Both the position numbers and the translations under genes were made by a program. Shown here piece after piece: positions 37,676-44,956 of a stretch of 64,000 bases of DNA (its first letter is position 1; the number at the start of each line of letters is the position of its first letter). This DNA is from an uncultured Alphaproteobacteria bacterium (lineage in GTDB: Bacteria; Pseudomonadota; Alphaproteobacteria; RF32; CAG-239), in the NCBI GenBank assembly GCA_944391715.1, contig CALXUP010000001.1:100676-164675 (forward strand), written 5' to 3'. Under the pieces are notes generated by a model that was given only the letters and a program-made list of their open reading frames with translations, was not told where the DNA came from and made no database searches.

Positions 37676-38417
37676 GCGTTAAAAATTCGCGAAGTTTGGG
37701 GTTTTGGGTGTTTTTTAATAGTTCTTTGGGATTGCCGCGGCCGGAGATCCCTTTGGTATCGGCATCCAGAAAGATTGAATTGTTACCAATGGCGAATATT
37801 GAATCGAGTTCGTGCGTAACAACGACAATGGTTGTGCCCAAGCTTTGATTGAGGTCCAAAATCAGATCGTCAAGCAGTTTGGAGCTTATCGGGTCAAGCC
37901 CGGCAGAAGGTTCGTCAAAATAAACGATTTCCGGGTCGAGAGCCAGGGCGCGGGCAAGTCCGGCGCGCTTTTTCATACCGCCGCTGATTTCCGAAGGGTA
38001 GTAGTCTTCAAACCCGGTCAGTCCGACAAGTGCCAGTTTCAAAGATACAAGTTCGTTGATTAATTTTGGCGAATAAGCGGTGTAGCGTTGCAGCGGCAAA
38101 GCGATGTTTTCTGCCAAAGTCATTGAACTGAACAAGGCTCCGCTCTGGTATAATATACCGCAACGTTGCATAATTTGGTTACGTTGCTGCGGCGAAGCTT
38201 TGGTAAAATCAGTGCCGCCGATGCGAATTTGTCCGCTAAACGGCTCCAATAATCCGGTCAGGGCTTTCAACAGGGTGCTTTTGCCGCCGCCGCTGGCACC
38301 CATAATGATGAAGATGTCGCCTTTGTTGACTTGAAAACTGATATCTTTCATCAGGGTAAAGTTTCCGTATCCCAAAGTCAGGTTGTTTACTTCTATTTCC
38401 GGCTGCTGTTTACTCAT
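37653..38417 (-). CDS. ABC transporter ATP-binding protein (MlaF-like)
   Basis: Walker A GASGGGKST, the signature LSGGMKKR and Walker B IVYFDE. Confidence 0.9.
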   Translation of the reverse strand: MSKQQPEIEVNNLTLGYGNFTLMKDISFQVNKGDIFIIMGASGGGKSTLLKALTGLLEPFSGQIRIGGTDFTKASPQQRNQIMQRCGILYQSGALFSSMTLAENIALPLQRYTAYSPKLINELVSLKLALVGLTGFEDYYPSEISGGMKKRAGLARALALDPEIVYFDEPSAGLDPISSKLLDDLILDLNQSLGTTIVVVTHELDSIFAIGNNSIFLDADTKGISGRGNPKELLKNTQNPKLREFLTRGGEKNA

Positions 38418-39520
38418 ATTCCCAAAACCTTAAAGATAAATGTAAGTATGCCGGTAACAACAATCATCCAGACGATTGCCGAAACAACGGCTTTGGTGGC
38501 GGCCATACCGACGCTGTCAGCATTGCGGCCGCTGTTGACGCCGTAATAACAGCCACAAAGCGAGATAATCATTCCGTATAAAAAACCGTGGAAGACGCCG
38601 ACCAGAAAATTGTCCAACTCAAAAGTATCAACCGAGTATTTGATATATTCCTGCAGAGAGATGTCAAGCATGACAGTTCCGACGAAAGTTCCGCCGAAGA
38701 TACCCATAAAATCGGCCAGAACCGTTAATACCGGCATGGTAATAAGAAGGCTTAAAGTGCGGGGCAGAACAAGAAAATCGGTAACCGGGATACCCATGGT
38801 TTTTAGGGCGTCTACTTCTTCGTTTACCTGCATCGTGCCGATGGCTGCGGCATAAGAAGCACCGGTGCGGCCGGCCATGATGATTCCGGCCATGATGGCA
38901 CCCATAATTCTGGTCATGCCGATGGTTACCAGACTGGCAACATAAATCTGCGCACCGAAAGTTTGCAGTTGGATGGCGCCGACAAAGGCCAGGATCAGCC
39001 CGACCATAAAACTGACCAGAGAAACAATTGCAACGGCGCGGTAACCGCAGTCTTCCAGGGCGAATAAAAAGTCTACCGGGCGCATAACGGCTTTTCCGGT
39101 CAGAAAACGCCCGATAGAGCTTAAAAGTCGTCCGAGAAATTTTAAACCGCTGACAAAACCCGTATATATGTTCAGTCCCCAACCGCCCAAGGCTTCCAGC
39201 CATGGTGTGGTACGGTCTGGCGGTGAAGGCGGGTTGCGGTCAACTTCCAAAGCCAGGGAAACCAAACGATGCAGGTTTTCGGGGAGAGAAGAGAAGTCAT
39301 AAGATATTTTCTGTCTTTCTGCACGTTTGGCAAGTTCATACAAAATTACGACCAGCGTGGAGTCCCAGCGTCCCAGACCGGATGTTTTTACCAAAATGTT
39401 TCTGGCTTTGGCAGCAGCGTTAAACAGAGCAGTTTTTTCAGTTTCATTGTCATAGCCCGAAAAATTTCCGCTGAGTTCCAGTTCCAAAGTTTGTTTTGTT
39501 AAATTAAATGTTAACGGCAT
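38414..39520 (-). CDS. MlaE-like ABC permease with a fused N-terminal STAS (anti-sigma-antagonist-like) domain
   Basis: The C-terminal 260 aa match the MlaE/TGD1 permease pattern. The N-terminal ~110 aa are a soluble alpha/beta domain with STAS-like features. Confidence 0.75.
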   Translation of the reverse strand: MPLTFNLTKQTLELELSGNFSGYDNETEKTALFNAAAKARNILVKTSGLGRWDSTLVVILYELAKRAERQKISYDFSSLPENLHRLVSLALEVDRNPPSPPDRTTPWLEALGGWGLNIYTGFVSGLKFLGRLLSSIGRFLTGKAVMRPVDFLFALEDCGYRAVAIVSLVSFMVGLILAFVGAIQLQTFGAQIYVASLVTIGMTRIMGAIMAGIIMAGRTGASYAAAIGTMQVNEEVDALKTMGIPVTDFLVLPRTLSLLITMPVLTVLADFMGIFGGTFVGTVMLDISLQEYIKYSVDTFELDNFLVGVFHGFLYGMIISLCGCYYGVNSGRNADSVGMAATKAVVSAIVWMIVVTGILTFIFKVLGI

Positions 39521-39608
39521 TTTGTTCTCTGAAAAAATTTTTTATTAGTATAAGATAATTCTTGGCAGGAATTTATCAAGACAGTATAATTTCTGGGGAT
39601 AAAAAGGT

Positions 39609-40301
39609 ATGAAAGCATATAAAGAACAAATCAGGGAAAATTTGGAGCAGCTGGCAGAAGACGGATATCGGAAATTTTCGGCGGCGCTGCTTCCGGGGGT
39701 TGAAAACGTTTTGGGTGTCAGACTTCCCAAATTGCGGAAACTGGCGCAGAAAATTGCGGCTGACGATTGGCAAGGCTATTTGGCCGACCCGGACGGGACT
39801 TATATGGAAAGTCTTATGCTGCAAGGAATGGTTATGGGATATGCCAAAGCGGAATGGGAGATTGTCCGGCCGTATATTGAAAATTTTGTGCCCAAAATTA
39901 ACAGTTGGTCTGTGTGCGACTGTTGTTGCTCGAGTTTTAAAGTTTTGAAGAAAAATCAAGAGGCCGGATGGATATGGCTGCAAAAATATCTGCTTTCGGA
40001 CAAAGAATTTGAAATCCGTTTCGGCCTGGTGGCGTTGCTTTGGTTTTTTATTGAAGAAAAATATCTCGGGCAGATATTTGAGATATTGGATAAAGCTGAG
40101 CCGGCAGGATATTATGTGAAAATGGCAAAGGCCTGGCTGGCGGCGGAATGTTTTATCAAATTTCCGGTACAAACGGCAGATTATTTGGAGAAATCAGGCC
40201 TGGATGACTGGAGTTTTAACAAAACTCTGCAAAAAATCTGCGAATCTTTCCGTGTTTTGCCGGAGGTTAAAGAACGAATCCGCAAAATGCGCCGAAAATA
40301 A
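39609..40301 (+). CDS. DNA alkylation repair enzyme (AlkD/AlkC-like HEAT-repeat glycosylase family)
   Basis: Size and helical-repeat pattern, with the conserved RLPKLRKLAQKI...DW motif region of pfam08713. Confidence 0.6.
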   Translation: MKAYKEQIRENLEQLAEDGYRKFSAALLPGVENVLGVRLPKLRKLAQKIAADDWQGYLADPDGTYMESLMLQGMVMGYAKAEWEIVRPYIENFVPKINSWSVCDCCCSSFKVLKKNQEAGWIWLQKYLLSDKEFEIRFGLVALLWFFIEEKYLGQIFEILDKAEPAGYYVKMAKAWLAAECFIKFPVQTADYLEKSGLDDWSFNKTLQKICESFRVLPEVKERIRKMRRK

Positions 40302-40343
40302 TCCGAATGAACTGCCGCTTTTTTTCGGCGGGAGAGACCGTGT

Positions 40344-40982
40344 TTATGTTAAATGAAACGGAAATGAAGACTGCGGGCAGAGCATTTCAACGTGTTTTTC
40401 CTGATTTAGTGTTTTAAGGGCTTTGTATTTTGTCATTGCCTTGAAGTATCCGGAGAACATTCCGGTAACCAGTACAGCAATGATAAGAAGTAAAGGAACG
40501 ACGTACATCAGGGTGAAAATAATCCGGGCGCCGACAGTGGCTTTTTCTGCCGTTTCAGGATGTTCTCTGGTGTCGCGGAGTAAAATATACAAGATATATA
40601 AGCTTATTAAAAGTTGAATAGTTTTAGCGCCGACGGCAGGTAAGACAAAAGGAACGCCGAAAGAGATTATTTGTAGCAGAAAAAGCGTCCAAATACTTTT
40701 GCCGGCATCATTGAAACGCCGGATTGTTATCGCGGCCATCGGAATCAGCATGAAAAGGCCATAGAGAACAGCTATGATAGTTAAAAGGGGAACTGTACGA
40801 GCGAAATATATTAATAAGAAGATAAATAAAATGTTTATCAGTGTGAAAGACCAAAATTCTTTACGGGCAGCATAACCGGAAATGTTAAAATAGCGGCGAA
40901 AAGCGTTTAGATAAGATTGCCATATTCCAGTTGGAACAGAGGTTGTCATTAATCGTCTCCCTATAACTATTTGTTTTACCAT
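40344..40982 (-). CDS. DUF805-family inner membrane protein
   Basis: ARKEFWSFTLINILF matches the DUF805 signature (RKEYW...L), and hydrophobic helices follow. Confidence 0.65.
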   Translation of the reverse strand: MVKQIVIGRRLMTTSVPTGIWQSYLNAFRRYFNISGYAARKEFWSFTLINILFIFLLIYFARTVPLLTIIAVLYGLFMLIPMAAITIRRFNDAGKSIWTLFLLQIISFGVPFVLPAVGAKTIQLLISLYILYILLRDTREHPETAEKATVGARIIFTLMYVVPLLLIIAVLVTGMFSGYFKAMTKYKALKTLNQEKHVEMLCPQSSFPFHLT

Positions 40983-41067
40983 ATGATAAAAGGATTGGGA
41001 GAAATGTCAATTTTTTTTTAAAGTAAGGGGAACTTTTTGATATATTTTAATTTTTAGAAATTTATGG

Positions 41068-41328
41068 TTATAATTTCAGACAATTGTTTATGTTTATGCC
41101 TTTGCTGCGGCAGATGGTTTCGCGGTCGCTGTCGGGCAGGTCTTCAAAGTCGCCGTAATTGAGCATATCTTTTTCAAATTCTTCTTCATCGTCCAGGCCG
41201 GCGGCCGTATCAATCAGTTTTTCTTCGGCAATGGTTTTTACAAAAAAGTTTTTTTCGTCGTCTTCCTGAAACGGACGGTTGGAAACATCTTTGATTTCTA
41301 CTTTGTCTCCCGGAGCCGGTGTGTACAT
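41068..41328 (-). CDS. Small acidic hypothetical protein (86 aa)
   Basis: ORF only; D/E-rich; no family recognised. Confidence 0.35.
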   Translation of the reverse strand: MYTPAPGDKVEIKDVSNRPFQEDDEKNFFVKTIAEEKLIDTAAGLDDEEEFEKDMLNYGDFEDLPDSDRETICRSKGININNCLKL

Positions 41329-41423
41329 TTTATTCTCCTTTTATTTGGGGTTATATTGGCTATATAGGGGCCGGAAGTAGAATCTCAACCTGTCTTTCCG
41401 GTCAGTATGGAGGATTAAAAACG

Positions 41424-42131
41424 TTATTTGTTTAAATCAAACAACAAAATATTGCTTTGCCGGTCAATGCCGTGGATTTGAATTTCGGTATTTTCGTCCC
41501 ATATGGCATAGCCGTCGCCGGCTACCAGCGGTTTGTTGTTCAAAGCAACGGAACCGGAGGCGATTTGCAGCCAGACGGCGCGGTCTGCAGAAATTTTGTA
41601 GCTGACGGATTGTTTTTCATCAAGCAAAGATTGCCAGATGCGGGCGTCCTGATGAATTTGGATTGAATTGTTTTCTTTATCTGGCGATACAATTAAGCAC
41701 AGACGGTTTTTTAATTCAGGTTCGGAGAAATTTTTTTGTTCATAATCCGGCCGCAAATCCCGTAAGTCCGGCATAAGCCATATTTGCAGAAAATGCGACG
41801 GTTCCGTGGCGGAAGGATTGAATTCACTGTGCAAAATGCCGCTTCCGGCTGTCATCTTTTGGATTTCTCCCGGGCGGATAACCGAGCCAGAGCCCAGGCT
41901 GTCTTTATGTTCCAAAGCACCGCTCAGTACGACCGTGATGATTTCCATGTTGTTATGCGGGTGCATTTCAAAACCCCGCCCGGGCTCAACAATATCGTCA
42001 TTAATAACGCGGAGGTCGCTGAACCCCATAAATTGCGGGTCATAATAGTTTCCGAAAGAAAAACTGTGATAACTGTCGAACCATTCGGTTTGAGTATGGC
42101 CGCGTTCGTCGGCCGGTCTTAAAAAATGCAT
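41424..42131 (-). CDS. Pirin-family protein (bicupin). The start is at the internal MHFLRP.
   Basis: HPHxxxE metal motif (HPHNNMEIITVVLSG) and pirin N/C cupin pattern. Confidence 0.8.
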   Translation of the reverse strand: MHFLRPADERGHTQTEWFDSYHSFSFGNYYDPQFMGFSDLRVINDDIVEPGRGFEMHPHNNMEIITVVLSGALEHKDSLGSGSVIRPGEIQKMTAGSGILHSEFNPSATEPSHFLQIWLMPDLRDLRPDYEQKNFSEPELKNRLCLIVSPDKENNSIQIHQDARIWQSLLDEKQSVSYKISADRAVWLQIASGSVALNNKPLVAGDGYAIWDENTEIQIHGIDRQSNILLFDLNK

Positions 42132-42211
42132 CTCTTTCTCCTTTGTTTTTGACGGATATAAGACGAGGATGAACTTTTTCAAGCTTATAACCATAAAGAC
42201 TATTGACTTTT

Positions 42212-42228
42212 ATACCGTGCCGGGGTAT
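42212..42228. promoter_or_regulatory. CsoR-type operator-like inverted repeat 1 (ATACCGTGCCGGGGTAT), lying in the spacer of a sigma70-like promoter (TTGACT at 42204-42209, TATATT at 42226-42231)
   Basis: 5-bp arms ATACC/GGTAT around a G/C core. A -35/-10 pair with a 16-bp spacer is read directly. Confidence 0.55.
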
Positions 42229-42238
42229 ATTGTAATTG

Positions 42239-42253
42239 TACCCTATGGGGGTA
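42239..42253. promoter_or_regulatory. CsoR-type operator-like inverted repeat 2 (TACCCTATGGGGGTA), just downstream of the -10
   Basis: Closely resembles the G/C-rich pseudo-palindromes bound by CsoR-family repressors. Positioned at about +1. Confidence 0.6.
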
Positions 42254-42276
42254 TGTGTCAAAATAAGGAGAAAAAG

Positions 42277-42462
42277 ATGAGAAACTGCAATAATCCGAAA
42301 TGTAAAAATCCGAACTGTACCTGCGGCGATAACTGTACATGTGATGAAACGCATCAGTGCGGAGAAGGCTGCGGATGCAACGAGCATTGTACCTGTGGCG
42401 ATGACTGCCATTGCAATGAAGAGCATAAATGCAGCGAGAAATGCTCTTGTCATAAGGGGTAA
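42277..42462 (+). CDS. Metallothionein-like Cys-rich small protein (61 aa; true start MRNCNNPK at 42277)
   Basis: 17 Cys in 61 aa in repeated CxCG[DN]xC units, AAGGAG RBS 8 nt upstream. Directly followed by a csoR-family gene. Confidence 0.75.
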   Translation: MRNCNNPKCKNPNCTCGDNCTCDETHQCGEGCGCNEHCTCGDDCHCNEEHKCSEKCSCHKG

Positions 42463-42466
42463 AAAG

Positions 42467-42757
42467 ATGACGGAAGGTCAAAGTTTTTCGGAACATCCGA
42501 ATCACGAATCCGAATTGCCGCGGCTGAACAGAATCCTCGGTCAGTTGGAAGGCGTAAAAAAAATGATTGCCGAACACCGGTATTGTCCGGAGATTTTAAT
42601 TCAGCTAAAGGCAATCCGGTCGGCAATCCGCGCCGTGGAAAGCAATATTCTGAACCGGCATTTGCAGGCTTGTGTGACACAGTCGTTTGACAGCGAAGAG
42701 GCCAAGGCCGAAAAAATTGCGGAATTGAAAATGCTTTTTGACCGTTTTGAAGAATAA
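42467..42757 (+). CDS. csoR: CsoR/RcnR/FrmR-family metal-sensing transcriptional repressor (96 aa; true start MTEGQ at 42467)
   Basis: LNRILGQLEGVKKMIAEHRYCPEILIQLKAIRSAIRAVESNILNRHLQAC carries the family W-X-Y-Z ligand positions (Cys in the RYC motif, then His and Cys downstream). Confidence 0.8.
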   Translation: MTEGQSFSEHPNHESELPRLNRILGQLEGVKKMIAEHRYCPEILIQLKAIRSAIRAVESNILNRHLQACVTQSFDSEEAKAEKIAELKMLFDRFEE

Positions 42758-42852
42758 TTACCGGGGCTGCGGCGGCAGCCCTTTTCTATTGATTCCCGTT
42801 AAGCTTTTTGCTATAATATTTCTAATATAAGCGAACAGCGGAGAAAGATTTT

Positions 42853-44424
42853 ATGAGCAAGAATGCCAAAGATATTCCCAATGATGCGGTCTCCCGTTTT
42901 TTGGCACAGGAGTATGCCAGATATAATATGACGCCGCAGGTTATTAAAATTAATAACCGGTCGGTGATTATTCCGTGTTTTTATATCAGAAATTTTTTAA
43001 CAATAGCCGATGCAAAGGAAAATTTTATCAGAGGCTATTTTAGCCGGCAATACAGGGATATTAAACGTTATAAAGAAGAGGGCATTACACCGCGTAAGAT
43101 TTTGTTTAACGGCGGAACTTTTGTTGTCCCCTTTAATAATCGTGACAGTGATAAAACGGACAGTGAGATGGTCGGCGAGATTATGCGTGCGGCTCATCGC
43201 GATTATCGGCGGGCGGCGGTTTATACCCGAAAGACAAACGAATGCGGAATCGGGGATGAGCGCCTGACTGAGCTCGGTTTGGACAATATTGAGGCAATGT
43301 CGGAAGCTTATAACCGTTATCTTGTGGAAAATGCAAAAGAAAAAGCTGCCGCATTTGCCGCGTTTTTGGCCAAAGGTGCCAGGTCGGCGTTTAACGGTGC
43401 AAAAATTTTGCTGGAAAATTCCGGCGGAACACGGAAAGTCAGACTTGAAACCCGGCGTTTTTGCGATTTGGCCAAGAAGACGGTTGTCGGAGCCGCTTTG
43501 ACAACTTTGACGCTGGGCGGCGGAATGTATGCAAGCCAGCAGTTGCAATCCAAACAAAAAGAAAAAGACAAGACGGAGAACTTCATCAGAGCTGAGAATC
43601 TGCCAGAAAATGAGGATATGGCAGAGTTTGCCGGGACAGAAGAGCTTTGGGAGGAAGAAGAAATTGTTCCGGAAACGAAGGAAGAGGCCAAACCGGTTGA
43701 AAAAGCCGTAGAAACCCCGAAAGCAAAAGAACATAAAAAGCCTGTGGCGGATGTTTCAAAAACGGGAAGACTTCCGGAAGAAATCAGAAAAAAATACGGT
43801 TTGGATGACGAAAAATTTCAGCGCTTTATGGGGATTATTTTCAAGCACGAAGGCGGTTATCGTAATGTGCCGTGGGATTATCCGACGCAGATGGGGATTA
43901 CCAGCGTTACGTTGAACAGCTTTTGGCGGAATAATAAGGAACTGGCCAGAAAACTTGATTTTCCGACGGCAAAAAATATTAAAAATCTGAATAAAGAGCA
44001 GTGTGAGCTGATTTATAAACGCGATTTTTATGACCATTACCGAATCGGCGATTTTAAAAATGAAAGCATAGCCTTGTTGTTGTTTGACATCCGGGTTAAC
44101 CATTCGTCAAAGACGGCGGCGGAAATTATTGCCAACGGGATTTATCAGGCGCGCGGACGCAAAAATGTTCGCAGTACGGATAAAATTCTGGAACTGGCCA
44201 ACGGTATTTCTGACAAGGCTTTGAATGAACAGTATTTTTATGACCATATGGTCAAAGCCCGGGTCGATTTTATTAATAAGAATCATAAAAAGAACGGCAG
44301 AAAAAGTAATGATTATAACGGGTTGATGAACCGGGCCAATAAGTTTAAGGGCAAATTTATGGCCACAAACCGCCAAAACAAAAACAGTTTGCGACTGGCG
44401 ATGAACAATGTGCGCGGCAGATAA
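42853..44424 (+). CDS. Membrane-anchored protein with a C-terminal GH108 lysozyme-like plus peptidoglycan-binding (PG_binding_3-like) module. The N-terminal 230 aa are unknown.
   Basis: HEGGYRNVPWDYPTQMGIT matches the GH108 N-terminal signature (EGGYxNxPxDxGGxTxxGIT). A hydrophobic segment TVVGAALTTLTLGGGMYA and an E/K-rich linker precede it. Confidence 0.7.
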   Translation: MSKNAKDIPNDAVSRFLAQEYARYNMTPQVIKINNRSVIIPCFYIRNFLTIADAKENFIRGYFSRQYRDIKRYKEEGITPRKILFNGGTFVVPFNNRDSDKTDSEMVGEIMRAAHRDYRRAAVYTRKTNECGIGDERLTELGLDNIEAMSEAYNRYLVENAKEKAAAFAAFLAKGARSAFNGAKILLENSGGTRKVRLETRRFCDLAKKTVVGAALTTLTLGGGMYASQQLQSKQKEKDKTENFIRAENLPENEDMAEFAGTEELWEEEEIVPETKEEAKPVEKAVETPKAKEHKKPVADVSKTGRLPEEIRKKYGLDDEKFQRFMGIIFKHEGGYRNVPWDYPTQMGITSVTLNSFWRNNKELARKLDFPTAKNIKNLNKEQCELIYKRDFYDHYRIGDFKNESIALLLFDIRVNHSSKTAAEIIANGIYQARGRKNVRSTDKILELANGISDKALNEQYFYDHMVKARVDFINKNHKKNGRKSNDYNGLMNRANKFKGKFMATNRQNKNSLRLAMNNVRGR

Positions 44425-44427
44425 AAT

Positions 44428-44458
44428 AAAATCCCGTTGAAACGGGATCTTATTTTTA
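44428..44458. terminator. Bidirectional terminator hairpin between convergent genes
   Basis: atcccgtt/aacgggat stem followed by CTTATTTTT. Confidence 0.55.
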
Positions 44459-44460
44459 AT

Positions 44461-44727
44461 TTATTGCGGACGTCTGTTTTCCTGTTTTAAGAAAACACTT
44501 TGGTTGCTGTCCTGACGGCCTTCGATTTCCAGTTTGGGGTTAACGAAAGAAGTTGATCCTTTTTCATAAAAGTAAAAATCGCGGCGAATGGCGGCTTTAT
44601 CTTTTATAGAAAGTTGATTCCATTCTTTTTCGTTCATGCCGTAGGGATAGGTTTCTTTGACTTTGGTTTCGGAAACAGCGCAGGCACTGACGGCAAACAG
44701 TAATCCCAGCATTAATAATTTTCTCAT
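44461..44727 (-). CDS. Small lipoprotein, hypothetical (start MRKLLMLG)
   Basis: Lipobox AVSAC after a signal peptide; ~88 aa. Confidence 0.45.
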   Translation of the reverse strand: MRKLLMLGLLFAVSACAVSETKVKETYPYGMNEKEWNQLSIKDKAAIRRDFYFYEKGSTSFVNPKLEIEGRQDSNQSVFLKQENRRPQ

Positions 44728-44956
44728 CTTTTCTCTCCTCAAAATCATACATTAATTATATTAACACGCCGGAGGGTTGATTCCAAAATAAATCTTTTTC
44801 TTTTCCAACAATATTTTTATAACCGGCCGAAAGAATGATATTTGCCGATTCTTAACCTATTGTTTAGAAAGAAATAATAAGATAACGGGCAGAACCACGG
44901 CGGGAATCCGTTTGGTTTCCGTTGGTTTGTTGGTATCAATCTATAAGGAAAATCAT

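Noticed and set aside
38664-39203. 179-aa Arg/His/Cys-rich ORF on the minus strand inside the permease gene
   Set aside because: It lies in an alternative frame of the permease gene on the same strand, inside the better-supported MlaE-like CDS, and its low-complexity composition is typical of an off-frame read.
42169-42276. N-terminal extension of the metallothionein-like ORF (MNFFKLITIKTIDFYTVPGYIVIVPYGGMCQNKEKK)
   Set aside because: This stretch overlaps the promoter and operator palindromes and lacks an RBS. The AAGGAG-preceded ATG at 42277 is the credible start.
44749-44956. A 200-bp intergenic region upstream of hppA was inspected for an ncRNA or riboswitch
   Set aside because: No recognisable conserved riboswitch core (for example no c-di-GMP, SAM or TPP motifs) and no strong secondary-structure signature by eye. 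Left as a plain promoter region.
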